Assembly: GCA_048498835.1 (NCBI GenBank)
Contig: JBEHXF010000006.1
Coordinates: 1-55,878 of the forward strand
From: Chlamydiota bacterium
Lineage (GTDB): Bacteria > Chlamydiota > Chlamydiia > Chlamydiales > SM23-39
Direction of reading: 5' to 3'
Length of the DNA stretch: 55,878 nucleotides
Shown: piece by piece, positions 1 through 10,936 of the stretch
Layout: each line of letters begins with the position of its first letter
Numbering within the stretch: position 1 is the stretch's first letter
Notes under the pieces: model-generated
Databases searched by the model: none
Seen by the model: the letters and a program-made list of their open reading frames with translations, nothing else
Told to the model about the DNA's origin: nothing
Program-made: the position numbers and the translations under genes

Positions 1-78
1 GGATGATGATGCCGGTGACGCGCGGATCGGGTTGCAATTCTCTGCGCCCTTGTTCTGGCAGCTCCCTATGTACATAGC

Positions 79-429
79 ATGGTTCAAACAGGCGTTGAAG
101 TGGGTCCTGAAGAGGATACCGATGTTCAAGTTTGGGTAGGTCCAGGCTGGTATTATGGTTACTGGTTCGATTCCGAGTATGAATACAACGACTGGCATGA
201 TCACCACTATTATAATGGGCAGTGGAATCATACAGGCAATCACGGTCAGTGGAACCACGGCCAGTGGAATCATGGTCAGGGGAATCATGGCAACGGTCCT
301 CACGGCGGTGGAGGGCCAGGTGGTGGTGGCGGGGCTCCTGGCGGAGGACCTCATGGTGGAGGCCCTGGCGGCGGTGCCCAAGAGCATCAAGGTGGCGGCC
401 GCAGTGGCGGCGGCGGCCATGGCCGTTAA
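79..429 (+). CDS. Gly/His-rich low-complexity protein (GQWNH repeats, poly-Gly tail); 5' end uncertain
   Basis: ORF with a WYYGYWF aromatic segment, GQWNH/GNH repeats and a Gly-rich tail. The in-frame upstream sequence (19-78) reads like a signal peptide (VAILCALVLAAPYVHS) but has no start codon. Confidence 0.6.
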   Translation: MVQTGVEVGPEEDTDVQVWVGPGWYYGYWFDSEYEYNDWHDHHYYNGQWNHTGNHGQWNHGQWNHGQGNHGNGPHGGGGPGGGGGAPGGGPHGGGPGGGAQEHQGGGRSGGGGHGR

Positions 430-617
430 GTGCGGTAGGTAACGGTTGTTCTTGAGCTAAACTTTTTAGGCGTATGGGGCGCCGGTTTATGGATTCTTTC
501 CTGGGCAACTTTTGCGATGTTTTTATCTAAGTTTGTCGGTTCGTTTTCCCATTTGATTTCTTCAATAACCTTTAAAGTTACTGGATAAGTGGGAGTCGGG
601 CTTTGCAATGCAGTCAT
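426..617 (-). CDS. small hypothetical protein
   Basis: 63-aa ORF that fills the gap between neighbouring genes and is co-oriented with the upstream operon. Confidence 0.45.
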   Translation of the reverse strand: MTALQSPTPTYPVTLKVIEEIKWENEPTNLDKNIAKVAQERIHKPAPHTPKKFSSRTTVTYRT

Positions 618-664
618 ATAGATCTCTTTTTAGGTTTGATGCCTAAGAGATTAACATGCGTTGC

Positions 665-1687
665 TTATTTTTTTACAGGGACCAAACTGCTGAGTAGCTT
701 TTGTTTGTCTACTTTCATCACCCACATCTCATGATCTTGCCGTCCATAGGCAATCCATAAATGTTCGCCCCGGGCGATGAGGCCGCAGGGGAAGACAGCT
801 TGAACTGGTTTCCAGTAATAGGGGTGATTTTCTCCTGAATAAAAACCTTTTGCGACAATGGGTTCTGGACTGATTTGCTTGAGCTCGAAAGGGGGATTGG
901 AGGAGAAGGTATAGGCCCCCATAAAATAGTGAGACATTTTTTCGCCGTTGGATTGGAGCGATTCCATGTCGATCCACGAGTGAAAAATGGAAAGGTATTG
1001 ATCGTCGATTTTGATAGCGGGTGTTCCGCCAGAGAGGCGTCCCCATCGCCAATCGATGTCAGCTTGCGTAATTGCGACCGTTTCACAAGAACCGGTGCCC
1101 AGATAGGGTTGGAAGATGAGGTGGGGATTGAGGCTATAGGCGAGGATCAGGTAGCCGTTGTAATCAAAAGGGACCCAGTTTTTTTCGCGCAGATTCGGAG
1201 TTTCTCCTTGGAATTGGGTGAGGGCATCTCGATTGATGGCATGAAACTCGTTTCCATCGTGAATGAGCTCGGCGACTTGAACGCGAAATCCTTTCTTGCT
1301 GACCTTAGCATCTAGACAGTCGCTATAAACGATGTAGAGTCTGCGGCCGATTTGGATCAGACGCCCATCTTCAGCTCTGCAAGGGACGGAGGAATGGGGA
1401 TCTCGAAGCGTGAGTAGTTGCGGAGGGGAGATCGGGTCAAATTCTTGATTGAGCCAAACGAGCCCAATTTCTGAATTGAATGTCTTTTTATTTCCAGGAA
1501 GGATTCTGAAACTCATCAGAATATTCCCCTCGACTTCGATGAAAGATGGGTTAAAGGCAAAAGGGTAATCGGAAATCGTGATTCGCTTCGTTTCTAGGAC
1601 AAAATTTTGTGGATTTGCCTCTAAGTCGACGAGTGAATCAGCATAGAGGGATAGACCTGCGAACAAACAAAAAAATCGAACGATCAT
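665..1687 (-). CDS. secreted five-bladed beta-propeller glycosidase/mannosyltransferase-like protein (GH130/BMT-like)
   Basis: FNPS, EDGRL, EKNWVPF, GGTP, FHS and YGRQD motifs; signal peptide from MIVRFFCLF (ATG 1687); paralog of 1698..2822 and 50774..51949. Confidence 0.65.
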   Translation of the reverse strand: MIVRFFCLFAGLSLYADSLVDLEANPQNFVLETKRITISDYPFAFNPSFIEVEGNILMSFRILPGNKKTFNSEIGLVWLNQEFDPISPPQLLTLRDPHSSVPCRAEDGRLIQIGRRLYIVYSDCLDAKVSKKGFRVQVAELIHDGNEFHAINRDALTQFQGETPNLREKNWVPFDYNGYLILAYSLNPHLIFQPYLGTGSCETVAITQADIDWRWGRLSGGTPAIKIDDQYLSIFHSWIDMESLQSNGEKMSHYFMGAYTFSSNPPFELKQISPEPIVAKGFYSGENHPYYWKPVQAVFPCGLIARGEHLWIAYGRQDHEMWVMKVDKQKLLSSLVPVKK

Positions 1688-1697
1688 GTTTGCTATC

Positions 1698-2822
1698 TTA
1701 CTTATTTGGTTCAACGGGAACAAGACTTTCTAGTAATTTTTTCACATCGATTTTGACGAGCCAAACTTCGTGATCTTGGCGGCCATAGGAGACCCAGGCC
1801 GTGTCTCCGAGAAGAACGAAACCGCAGGGGAAGACGACTCGTTGGGGTTTCCATGTTTTGCAGGCGGGGCCGTGATAGAATCGCTTGCCAACGATTGGTT
1901 CGGGACTGATCGCTTGAATTTCAAAAGGCGGCTCAGATGAAAAGGTATAAGCACCCATGAAATAATGGAGAATGGTTTTTCCATCTGAATGAACCGTGGG
2001 GAGATTTTTTGAGGAGTGGAAGAAAGCGAGGTATTGATCGCCTATTTTCAGAGCTGGCGTGCCGCCACGCAGCGCGCCCCAGTCCCATTTCATTTTTGCT
2101 TCAGAAGTAGAAAAGGATTCGCAAAATTCAGTGCCGAGCATGGGGCGGAAAATTTTATGCGGATTGATGCTGTAGGCGAGCATGAGTTGATCGCGGTAGG
2201 AAAAAGGGACCCAGTTTTTCTCATTTCGCGTAGGAGACTCACCTTCAAAGTTCATGAAGATATCGGATTTTTCCACATAGAAAGATTGGCCGTCAGAGAG
2301 GATTTCAGCAACGAGCATCCGACGGATTTCCCGATTGATGATCGTTTTGAGGTGATTGTTGTAGACGATGTAGAGGCGATGATTGAAGGAGATGAGGCGA
2401 GGATCTTGCCGTTTCGCGTGACAGTAAGCATCAGTAAAGGGAATGTCGAGGATTTGTCCAGGCCCTATTTGATTGCCATTTTCGTCTAAGCGAACCAGGC
2501 CGATTTGTCCCGCGGAACCGTTGGGACTATAGATACGGAAGCTGAGTAGAAGAGAGCCGTCCCATTCAATGATAGAGGGATTGAAAATGTCTGGAAAGCC
2601 AGGCACCTCAATTCGTTTGGTTTCTAGGACAAAATCTTGGACCATATCCTCCAGATCGAACAGTTTTGGACCATAGATGAGAGAATCGGGAATTTCGGGT
2701 CCTTCTGATATTTCTGTCTCCTCTTCGGTCTCTTCATCGAAATAATCCTTCACACTTTCCCCATAGATTGATGAGGAAAAAACAGAGAGAGCAACTGTGA
2801 GAATGAGACCTAAATTCTTCAT
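1698..2822 (-). CDS. secreted GH130/BMT-like beta-propeller protein
   Basis: FNPS, QDPRL, EKNWVPF, RGGTP, FFHS and YGRQD motifs; signal peptide; tandem paralog of the downstream gene. Confidence 0.65.
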   Translation of the reverse strand: MKNLGLILTVALSVFSSSIYGESVKDYFDEETEEETEISEGPEIPDSLIYGPKLFDLEDMVQDFVLETKRIEVPGFPDIFNPSIIEWDGSLLLSFRIYSPNGSAGQIGLVRLDENGNQIGPGQILDIPFTDAYCHAKRQDPRLISFNHRLYIVYNNHLKTIINREIRRMLVAEILSDGQSFYVEKSDIFMNFEGESPTRNEKNWVPFSYRDQLMLAYSINPHKIFRPMLGTEFCESFSTSEAKMKWDWGALRGGTPALKIGDQYLAFFHSSKNLPTVHSDGKTILHYFMGAYTFSSEPPFEIQAISPEPIVGKRFYHGPACKTWKPQRVVFPCGFVLLGDTAWVSYGRQDHEVWLVKIDVKKLLESLVPVEPNK

Positions 2823-3706
2823 TGCATTCCACTCCTTGGAAGTTGAGTAAATTTAAATGGCGCTGATGGCCATAAATCAAAAGGAAACGATTCATAGAGT
2901 TTCTGCAAATCGCAGACAAAGGGAGATTCTCCGCCCATTTCTAAAGCTTCTTCAATCGACGTCGCATAGCGGAAATTGGGACGGCCTGTTCCGGAGTAAT
3001 AGTCTTGGTATTTAAACATCGGTTCCCGCTCCGTAAAGCGGAGATAACGGGCTGGAATCCCATAGGCTTCAGCGAGAATGACTCCATGGAGAGAACCAGA
3101 AATGACGAACTTGCTATCGAGAATTTTCTCAACCACTTCATACCATGGATCTGTCGGGTAGATCACATTGGGATATTCTGTCTTGGGGAAGAGAGCAGTC
3201 TCTTTGTAATGGGGGATGATGATGTATTCGTAAGTGGGACTTACCTTTGGACGAAATTCGGGAAAGAGGTACGGGAAAAGAAGGGCGGGATCGCCATAAA
3301 CTTCAGGACAGTCGATTTTGAAGTTTTCTTGCAAAAACTGCCTCGTAAGAGGACCTCGAACGGCGCGAACGTCGAGATGGGTAAATTCGTAGTATTTTTT
3401 CTGGAGCGTTTTTCCATTGATCCCCGAACCCCAAATCACATCCCCGTCATAGGCGAAGTAAAAGATTGATCCGAGCGCGAGGAGTTTTTGCTCGCGCGAT
3501 TTCGGCTTTTTTCGGTAATAGCGAACCGGAGAATCGACGATACGCTCCACAATTTTTAAAGAGAGATAATCGCCGAAATTGATCGTTGGATCCTCTCCCC
3601 ACCAAAATAAAGGAAGCCCTTCTTCCAATTGAATCATGGAATAACTAGAGAGAGGAATGAGGGAGATAAGGAGGAAGAGAAGGTGCTTGTAATGTAAAGA
3701 TTTCAT
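2819..3706 (-). CDS. polysaccharide pyruvyltransferase family protein (ExoV-like)
   Basis: NFGD, GSI, WGSG, AVRGPLT, GDPA, IPH, SLHGVILAEAYGIP and FKYQDYY motifs. Confidence 0.85.
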   Translation of the reverse strand: MKSLHYKHLLFLLISLIPLSSYSMIQLEEGLPLFWWGEDPTINFGDYLSLKIVERIVDSPVRYYRKKPKSREQKLLALGSIFYFAYDGDVIWGSGINGKTLQKKYYEFTHLDVRAVRGPLTRQFLQENFKIDCPEVYGDPALLFPYLFPEFRPKVSPTYEYIIIPHYKETALFPKTEYPNVIYPTDPWYEVVEKILDSKFVISGSLHGVILAEAYGIPARYLRFTEREPMFKYQDYYSGTGRPNFRYATSIEEALEMGGESPFVCDLQKLYESFPFDLWPSAPFKFTQLPRSGMQ

Positions 3707-3949
3707 AAATCTAGTTATAGATTTTTCTCGATTTTGGGTTAAGCAAATTATTTAAGAAACTGTAAAGATCTTGCGTTTAAAATTTTTCCTATCATCTGGC
3801 TTTTTACGGAAGAAATTAATAATGAGGCGATTACTCTACAGGATAGGAAGAAAAAAAAACAATCGCGAACCTGCAATGCAATTTGCGTTAAAAAAAAATT
3901 TTAGACAGAATTGGACCTGGGTTTTCACGAATAGAAGGAGACTAAACCT

Positions 3950-4348
3950 ATGTTTCATCAGTATGAATATTCTAAGTACATTGTCTTGCTGGGAAGGGTG
4001 CTCTTTTCCGCGATCTTTATTTTGGCCTCGCTTGGTCACTTCTCTGCTGATACGATTGCTTTTGCCGCAAATCGCGGTGTTCCGATGGCCAATGTTTTGG
4101 TGCCTCTATCTGGATTGCTTGCTTTGCTAGGAGGACTCAGCATTCTTCTCGGTTATCGCGCTCGCATCGGTGCTTGGCTTCTCGTTCTCTTTTTGATTCC
4201 TGTCACGTTTAAAATGCATAATTTTTGGGATATTCCCGATGCAAAAGCGGCGATGATCGAACAGATCATGTTTTTGAAAAACATGTCTATGCTCGGCGGC
4301 GCATTTTTAATCACCTATTTTGGATCGGGCCCACTCAGTTTACGATAA
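3950..4348 (+). CDS. DoxX family membrane protein
   Basis: GRVLFSAIF, GGLSILLGYRAR, HNFW and FLKNMSMLGG; about 4 TM segments. Confidence 0.9.
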   Translation: MFHQYEYSKYIVLLGRVLFSAIFILASLGHFSADTIAFAANRGVPMANVLVPLSGLLALLGGLSILLGYRARIGAWLLVLFLIPVTFKMHNFWDIPDAKAAMIEQIMFLKNMSMLGGAFLITYFGSGPLSLR

Positions 4349-4359
4349 AAATGGGCGAG

Positions 4360-4385
4360 AGGGTTGAGCGTTTTCGCTCAACCCT
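4360..4385. repeat. perfect 11-bp intergenic hairpin (agggttgagcg-tttt-cgctcaaccct)
   Basis: Inverted repeat between doxX and the PAP2 gene. There is no U-tract, so it is more likely an mRNA-stabilising or attenuating stem than a classic terminator. Confidence 0.6.
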
Positions 4386-4399
4386 GCTAAAGTAAAGAG

Positions 4400-5248
4400 A
4401 TGAACATTCCCTTTCATTGCGATCAACTCTGCTGGATGGTTAAACTCACTTCGATTCGGGGCGAGTTTCTAAATCCAATTTTTCTCTTTCTCAATTACTT
4501 CGATACGATTTATTTCAGTCTTTTTGTCATTCCGTTTCTCGCTATCGCTATCTCTTATCGTTGGGGACTTCGCATTTTCTATTTGATAGCTGTAAATTCT
4601 ATGATCAATGGGTGGATGAAGTTTTTATTTGGTTGGCCGCGCCCCTGCACCGATATGCCGGAGATTGGTTTGCTGCTTCCTAAAAGCTTTGGCTTTCCGA
4701 GTGGCGGAGCTCAAACGGCTTTTTTACTCGGAGCTGTATTGATTTACTACTGGCGGACAAGAACCGCCTGGGTGGTTGGGATTGCTTACATTTTAACGAT
4801 TAGTTTTTCTCGCCTCTACTTAGCCGTTCATTATCCTGTCGATATTTTAGGGGGATGGTTTTTTGCTTCGATCCTATTTTTTCTTTTCATTAAAACGCGT
4901 GATCGTATCGAGGCTTCTTTGCGAGGCAAGGGGGCGCTGGCTGTAGTTTTGATTGCAATCGGGTTACCTCTCTTGCTTGCAGGCTTGGCGAAAGAACACA
5001 AGCTGCAATGTGAGATGATCGCTGTGAGCGCCATTGCAATGAGCGCCTATCTCTCGATTCACTTTCAGCTCACTCTTCCCGATCCGAAGAGTCGCCAAGA
5101 GATTCTCCTGAGGGGAGTTTACATCTTCTTGACGGTAGCTTTTCTCGTTTTCTGTACGCATTGGCTTCTTTGTCACATTACGCTTGCTGTAGCGATTTGG
5201 TTTAGTCTTTTGGCAAGTCCCATCTTTCGAGCGATGACAAAGAAATGA
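4400..5248 (+). CDS. PAP2 family phosphatase
   Basis: K-x6-RP, FPSG and SRLYLAVHYPVD motifs; multiple TM segments. The usual PSGH histidine reads PSGG here. Confidence 0.85.
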   Translation: MNIPFHCDQLCWMVKLTSIRGEFLNPIFLFLNYFDTIYFSLFVIPFLAIAISYRWGLRIFYLIAVNSMINGWMKFLFGWPRPCTDMPEIGLLLPKSFGFPSGGAQTAFLLGAVLIYYWRTRTAWVVGIAYILTISFSRLYLAVHYPVDILGGWFFASILFFLFIKTRDRIEASLRGKGALAVVLIAIGLPLLLAGLAKEHKLQCEMIAVSAIAMSAYLSIHFQLTLPDPKSRQEILLRGVYIFLTVAFLVFCTHWLLCHITLAVAIWFSLLASPIFRAMTKK

Positions 5249-5316
5249 TTGATGCTTGCTCAAAAAACTAAACGGGATTAAGGTCTTCACTCCTTGTAAA
5301 CAAATAGGAGTGAAAG

Positions 5317-6432
5317 ATGAGAAAAAATCTTCTGATAACTTTCATCGCAGCTGCTTGTTTTGTGAACGCAAAACAAGACCCATCGCAACTCCAAGAACGA
5401 GTGGAACAATCGACCGAAAAGAAAGTATCGGGCGAATACGGCGCAAAAAATCCAGTTGATCGGGTTTGCGCTTCGAACTATGGCTTTTATGTAACCGCTG
5501 ACTTTCTCTGGTGGAGAGCCGAAAACCAGGGCTTTACTTATGCAATGAGTTTACCTAACAGCCTGTTTAATCATGCGGCAAAATACTTGCGACTCGATCC
5601 TAATTGGGATCCTGGCTTCCGACTGGGAACGGGTTGGAATTCCCACTACGATCATTGGGATCTAGGTCTTGTGTGGACGTGGTATTATAACCATGCAAAA
5701 GAAGAACATAATCAAAATGTGCCAACCGGTTCGGCCGGCGGTTTTTATCCACTCTTCCCAGTTGCCGCTTTGATGGATGGGGAAGGGGGAAATAGCTATC
5801 GAATTGCAAAGGCTCATTATCGACTTACGCACAATGCGATCGATCTGGAATTAGGGCGGTCTCACTTCATGACAAGAGCACTTTCGTTTCGTCCGCATTG
5901 GGGGATTCGAGGAGCTTGGCTCTATCAGAAGTTCAACGATCGGTTTTTAAATCCTCCTACCTTGCCAATGGGAATTACGTCCCAGTCGCTTAAATTAGAA
6001 GCGCATAATGATTACTGGGGGGTAGGACCTCGGGCGGGCTCAGGTGCAACTTGGCATTTGGGAAAAGGCTTTAGCATTGAGGGGCAAATCGCCGCCGCTT
6101 TGCTTTACGGAAATACCGATACGAAGTTCAAATCGGAAATTTTTGCAACACCGACAAGTACAGGTTATGTGGTTGATCAGTACTATCGAGATAGTTTTTC
6201 TCAGTTAGTGCCTACCTTGCAGATGGCTTTAGGCCTCGAATGGGGAATGTGCTCTAAATGTGAGAGATATTTTTATAGTGTAAGTGCGCTTTGGGAAACG
6301 AATTACTGGTGGAATCAGTTCAATGTACCAGTAGCCTTCTCGAATACGCTTTTGACTGCGCCGCTTCCAAATGTCGGCAACCAAGCCGTATCAATGGAAG
6401 GTCTGACAGTCAATGCTCGTTTAGACTTCTAA
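5317..6432 (+). CDS. MOMP-like outer membrane porin (Legionella Lpg1974-like family)
   Basis: Signal peptide; ADFLWWRA, WDPGFRLG, DLELGR and YWGVGPRAG motifs; C-terminal GLTVNARLDF beta-barrel signature. Confidence 0.8.
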   Translation: MRKNLLITFIAAACFVNAKQDPSQLQERVEQSTEKKVSGEYGAKNPVDRVCASNYGFYVTADFLWWRAENQGFTYAMSLPNSLFNHAAKYLRLDPNWDPGFRLGTGWNSHYDHWDLGLVWTWYYNHAKEEHNQNVPTGSAGGFYPLFPVAALMDGEGGNSYRIAKAHYRLTHNAIDLELGRSHFMTRALSFRPHWGIRGAWLYQKFNDRFLNPPTLPMGITSQSLKLEAHNDYWGVGPRAGSGATWHLGKGFSIEGQIAAALLYGNTDTKFKSEIFATPTSTGYVVDQYYRDSFSQLVPTLQMALGLEWGMCSKCERYFYSVSALWETNYWWNQFNVPVAFSNTLLTAPLPNVGNQAVSMEGLTVNARLDF

Positions 6433-6458
6433 AAAAGAGGGGGCTATGCCCCCTTTTC
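6433..6458. terminator. bidirectional intrinsic terminator
   Basis: agggggc-tat-gccccct stem with an A-run on one side and a T-run on the other, between convergent genes. Confidence 0.75.
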
Positions 6459-6461
6459 TCG

Positions 6462-7025
6462 CTAGTTCAGCAAGGCAGCTTTGATCCGATTGATCTGGGG
6501 AACAGAAAAAGAGAAGGGACTTTCATCATTTATCGCGATACACTGAGCAAAAGAACCAAGAATCATGTTTTTTTCATCCAAGTTAGCATAAGCGCAAGCG
6601 AATTCGGCTTCGTCAACCATTAAAGCGGTGCGGGTATCGGGTTTTAAAATCAGTTGGGCAAGCCATTTATTCTCATAAGGTAATATAGGTCTTGCAGTAA
6701 TCACCCATGTTTTCCTCACTTTACTTCCTGGGCGATGAAGGAGTTTATTTTGGTTTTTAAGTAGTTCAATTAGCTCTTTTGCCTTTTCCTTTGTGATACA
6801 CTCAAAATCGCAAGCTTCCAAGCCATTTATATGAGTTTGTTCAAACCAGATTCTGACTCTGCTTTTCTGGAGTTGATAGAATCGTTTTGCTGTTTCTAGT
6901 GGAACTTGTGCGTGGTCAAAATGGAGCACATTATAGCAGTCTATTCCGATTGGAAAGTGGATATTCATCTGTTTTATAAAAATTGGAAGAATTGTAGTTC
7001 GGAGGGAAAGTTTTTGTAAAGGCAA
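6462..7025 (-). CDS. hypothetical protein (start uncertain)
   Basis: 187-aa ORF filling the gap; no recognised motif. Confidence 0.5.
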   Translation of the reverse strand: MPLQKLSLRTTILPIFIKQMNIHFPIGIDCYNVLHFDHAQVPLETAKRFYQLQKSRVRIWFEQTHINGLEACDFECITKEKAKELIELLKNQNKLLHRPGSKVRKTWVITARPILPYENKWLAQLILKPDTRTALMVDEAEFACAYANLDEKNMILGSFAQCIAINDESPFSFSVPQINRIKAALLN

Positions 7026-7112
7026 TCGCTGTTGTAGACAACAAGAGAGTTATGGTGTAAAAACGTTTTTTGATTCAGCGAAGTGATTCTCGCTTATTTT
7101 TAGGACAGTGTG

Positions 7113-8012
7113 ATGAATAGAAAGATCAAAATTGGCCTGCTTGTCTTGCTTTTTGTCGTTTTGGCGTTTGGCGCGACTCTCCTTTTGCAGGGGATCAATG
7201 TTGAAGTATTGAATCCGAAAGGATGGGTAGGAGCGAAGCAAAGAGATCTTTTAGTCTGGTCGACCTACTTAATGTTGCTGATCGTCATTCCTGTGTTTGT
7301 TCTCACTCTTTACATTGTCACCAAATATAAAAAGGGGCGAGGGACGAAGTATGAGCCAAATTGGGATTACAGTTTGCTCGCTGAGTCGCTCTGGTGGGGA
7401 CTCCCTTTTGTGATTGTGACGATTTTGTCTGTTTGGACCTGGACGAGCAGTCATCAACTCGATCCTTTTAAGCCTTTGAGCAAAGAGGTTTCGAATGTGA
7501 AGCCGATACGCATTCAGGTCGTAGCGCTGCAATGGAAGTGGCTTTTCATCTATCCCGAAGAGAAGATCGCCGTAGTCAATTTCGTCCAATTTCCCGAGAA
7601 GACTCCTGTGAATTTTGAGATCACCTCTGATGCTCCCATGAATTCCTTCTGGATTCCACAGTTGGGAGGGCAGGTTTATGCGATGTCAGGTATGACGAGC
7701 AAGCTCCACTTAATCGCAGATGAGACGGGAAATTATGCTGGATCGTCGGCCAATATCAGCGGCGATGGGTTTGCGGGGATGACTTTTGTGGCTAAATCGA
7801 GCACTGAAGCCGATTTTGAGGCATGGGTTGCTGAGGCAAGGCAGTCTCCCACTGTTTTGACTGAGGCAGAGTACAGCAAATTACTTGTGCCGAGTAAGTA
7901 CAATCGGGTGGCTTACTATACGCTCGGGAATGAAAATCTATTTGAACACATTGTGATGAAATACATGGCGCCTATGCCGGGAAAAATGGAAGGTGGTCCA
8001 ATTCATGATTAA
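7113..8012 (+). CDS. cyoA: cytochrome bo3 ubiquinol oxidase subunit II
   Basis: [30 protein letters not shown] and [12 protein letters not shown]; no CuA cysteines, as expected for a quinol oxidase. Confidence 0.95.
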   Translation: MNRKIKIGLLVLLFVVLAFGATLLLQGINVEVLNPKGWVGAKQRDLLVWSTYLMLLIVIPVFVLTLYIVTKYKKGRGTKYEPNWDYSLLAESLWWGLPFVIVTILSVWTWTSSHQLDPFKPLSKEVSNVKPIRIQVVALQWKWLFIYPEEKIAVVNFVQFPEKTPVNFEITSDAPMNSFWIPQLGGQVYAMSGMTSKLHLIADETGNYAGSSANISGDGFAGMTFVAKSSTEADFEAWVAEARQSPTVLTEAEYSKLLVPSKYNRVAYYTLGNENLFEHIVMKYMAPMPGKMEGGPIHD

Positions 8013-10017
8013 TCAACCTTCAAATCTGCAAAAATTGATTTTTGGAAGGCTTACTTGGGATGCCTTTATTCACGACCCGATCGAGATGACTGCCGATTTT
8101 TCGATGTTTTTCGCAGCCATCTTGGTGATCGCTCTATTGACCTACTACAAACGCTGGACCTGGCTTTGGAAGGAGTGGCTCACATCCCTTGATCCGAAGC
8201 GGATTGGGGTGATGTATCTGACGGTGGCGGCTATCATGCTGTTCAAAGGAATCGTCGATGCAGGGATGATGCGCCTTCAACAGGCACTTTCAGTGGGCGA
8301 TTCATTTGGTTATTTGACTGAGAGCCATTTCCAACAGATATTCACAGCGCATGGTACGACGATGATTTTCTTTGTCGGAATGGCTGTTGTGTTCGGGGTA
8401 ATGAATCTGGTTGTCCCCCTTCAAATCGGCGCTCGTGACGTCGCCTACCCGTTCCTAAATTCGCTCGGATTTTGGCTCTTTGTCGTTGGCGCTGTCATGG
8501 TCAATCTATCGCTTGTAATTGGGAATTTTTCCGGCGCTGGATGGCTTGCTTATCCACCCTTGTCTGGCTTGTATTACAACCCAGGTGTTGGGATTGATTA
8601 TTGGATCTGGACGCTGCAGATTGCCGGGGTGGGAAGCTTGATCTCGGGGATTAACTTTTTGGCCACGATCTTGAAGATGCGCTGTCCAGGCATGACTCTG
8701 ATGAAAATGCCGATTTTCATTTGGAGCTGCCTCGGTTGTCTTGTTCTTGTGATTTTTGCCTTTCCTATTTTGACAGCGACGCTCTCTATGCTCGCTTTGG
8801 ATCGCTATTTGGGAATGCACTTTTTTACTTCGAGTCATGGCGGCGATCAAATGATGTACATCAACCTGATTTGGGCCTGGGGCCATCCAGAGGTATACAT
8901 ACTGGTGCTGCCTGCATTCGGGATCTATTCAGAGGTGGTAGCCGCATTTTCTTATAAGCGCTTGTTCGGCTATGTTTCGATGGTTTGGGCTATTGTCGCC
9001 ATCGCATTCCTCTCTTTTATCGTTTGGCTGCACCACTTCTTTACGATGGGGGCGGGGGCTAACGTCAATGCCTTTTTTGGCATCATGACGATGCTCATCG
9101 CTGTGCCGACAGGTGTAAAAGTCTTCAACTGGCTTTTCACCATGTTTCGAGGCCAAGTTCACTTGACCACACCCATGCTTTGGTTTTTGGGCTTTATCAC
9201 CACGTTTACGATTGGGGGAATGGCAGGCGTCTTGATGTCAATTCCAGCAGTCGATTTCCAAGTACACAACAGCTTATTTTTGATTGCCCACTTCCACTCC
9301 GTCATAATTGGGGGAGTCTTGTTTGGGCTCTTTTCGGGGGTGGCTTACTGGTTTCCAAAAATTTTCGGTTTTACCTTGAATGAGCGACTGGGTAAATATG
9401 CCTTTTGGTTCTGGTTTGTCGGATTTTTAGTCGCTTTCATTCCGCTCTATCTATTGGGCCTGATGGGAGTCACCCGCCGTCTAGACCATTTCAGTAATCC
9501 GGAGTGGAAACCCTTGCTTGTTTTTGCCGGGATGGGAGTTGTTCTAATCGCGATTGGAATCATGTTTCAGGTTGCACAGTTTATCGTCAGCGTATTACAG
9601 CGCAAGAAACACATGGATACGACAGGCGATCCTTGGAATGGGAGAACGCTGGAGTGGTCAACCGTATCGCCCGCGCCCATTTACAACTTCGCTATCATTC
9701 CAGAGGTACACGAGAGAGATCCGTTTTGGGAAATGAAGCAAGCGGGAGCCCTTGTCCACAAAAAGCCCCATTATGAACCGATTCACATGCCGAAAAACTC
9801 AGGATCGGGATTGATCATCGCTATCTTTGCATTTTTATTCGGATTTGGTTTGACCTGGTATATGTGGTGGCTCGCTGCAATCGGATTTATTGGTGCAGTA
9901 GGCTTTTTAATTCATCGCCTGGTTGATGACGATACTGATTATTATATCCCTGTAGAAGAGATTGAAAAAATCGAAGCAGAACATCCACACCATAAGAAGT
10001 ACTCATGGAACACGTAA
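8005..10017 (+). CDS. cyoB: cytochrome bo3 ubiquinol oxidase subunit I
   Basis: [27 protein letters not shown] and AHFH heme-copper ligands. Confidence 0.97.
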   Translation: MINQPSNLQKLIFGRLTWDAFIHDPIEMTADFSMFFAAILVIALLTYYKRWTWLWKEWLTSLDPKRIGVMYLTVAAIMLFKGIVDAGMMRLQQALSVGDSFGYLTESHFQQIFTAHGTTMIFFVGMAVVFGVMNLVVPLQIGARDVAYPFLNSLGFWLFVVGAVMVNLSLVIGNFSGAGWLAYPPLSGLYYNPGVGIDYWIWTLQIAGVGSLISGINFLATILKMRCPGMTLMKMPIFIWSCLGCLVLVIFAFPILTATLSMLALDRYLGMHFFTSSHGGDQMMYINLIWAWGHPEVYILVLPAFGIYSEVVAAFSYKRLFGYVSMVWAIVAIAFLSFIVWLHHFFTMGAGANVNAFFGIMTMLIAVPTGVKVFNWLFTMFRGQVHLTTPMLWFLGFITTFTIGGMAGVLMSIPAVDFQVHNSLFLIAHFHSVIIGGVLFGLFSGVAYWFPKIFGFTLNERLGKYAFWFWFVGFLVAFIPLYLLGLMGVTRRLDHFSNPEWKPLLVFAGMGVVLIAIGIMFQVAQFIVSVLQRKKHMDTTGDPWNGRTLEWSTVSPAPIYNFAIIPEVHERDPFWEMKQAGALVHKKPHYEPIHMPKNSGSGLIIAIFAFLFGFGLTWYMWWLAAIGFIGAVGFLIHRLVDDDTDYYIPVEEIEKIEAEHPHHKKYSWNT

Positions 10018-10613
10018 AAACTCACCGGCTCGATTTCCCTGACCCGCAACAAGATCTCTATTCCAAGACTCTTTTTGGGTTTTGGATGTATGTGATGACC
10101 GATTGCCTTTTATTCGGCACTCTTTTTGCGACCTACGCCGTTCTTCATAACAACACCTATGGGGGACCGCCGGCAAGAGAGCTATTCGATATGCGCGCCG
10201 TTTTAGCTGAAACCATGGCGCTGCTATTGAGCAGCTTCACATGCGGGATGGCGATGTTGGACGCCTATAAGAAGCAAAAAGGGAAAGTTCTCGCTTGGTT
10301 TTTCGTTACTTTTCTCTTGGGCGCCACTTTTCTTGGCTTAGAACTGAATGAATTTTTTCATCTGGCTCGAGAGGGGAATAGCTGGGAGAGAAGCGGCTTT
10401 TTATCGAGCTTTTTCACGCTGGTTGGGACGCATGGATGCCACATCACAGTCGGTCTTATTTGGATGGCAGTGATGATGGGAGTGATCTTTTTTAGAGGTC
10501 TCACTGATTCGACGATGCGGCGATTGGCTTGCTTAAGACTCTTTTGGCACTTTCTCGACGTCGTTTGGATCTTTATTTTCACCTTTGTCTATTTAATGGG
10601 AGCTATCGGATGA
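10005..10613 (+). CDS. cyoC: cytochrome bo3 ubiquinol oxidase subunit III
   Basis: [24 protein letters not shown] and FWHFLDVVW. Confidence 0.95.
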   Translation: MEHVKTHRLDFPDPQQDLYSKTLFGFWMYVMTDCLLFGTLFATYAVLHNNTYGGPPARELFDMRAVLAETMALLLSSFTCGMAMLDAYKKQKGKVLAWFFVTFLLGATFLGLELNEFFHLAREGNSWERSGFLSSFFTLVGTHGCHITVGLIWMAVMMGVIFFRGLTDSTMRRLACLRLFWHFLDVVWIFIFTFVYLMGAIG

Positions 10614-10936
10614 GTCATCAACCCCCCATTCCCCGAGAGGGAACGCTCAAGACCTATTGGCTAGGTCTCTTTCTTTGCGTTGCTTTAACCCTGGCCGCTT
10701 ATTACATAGTGGTAGAAAGGGCGTTTTCTCGAACGACTCTGTTATGGGCTGTGACACTCCTCGCGATTGTTCAGTTTTTTGTTCAGATGTTTCTCTTCCT
10801 CCATCTGGGCCAAGAGAAAAGGCCCCATTGGAATACGCTTCTTTTTCTTTCCATGGCGATGATTTTGGGAATCATCGTGGGGGGATCTCTTTGGATCATG
10901 TATAATTTAGATTACCGCATGATGGTCATGGAATGA
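10610..10936 (+). CDS. cyoD: cytochrome bo3 ubiquinol oxidase subunit IV
   Basis: FLHLG and GSLWIMYNL; ATGA overlap with cyoC places the start at 10610. Confidence 0.92.
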   Translation: MSHQPPIPREGTLKTYWLGLFLCVALTLAAYYIVVERAFSRTTLLWAVTLLAIVQFFVQMFLFLHLGQEKRPHWNTLLFLSMAMILGIIVGGSLWIMYNLDYRMMVME

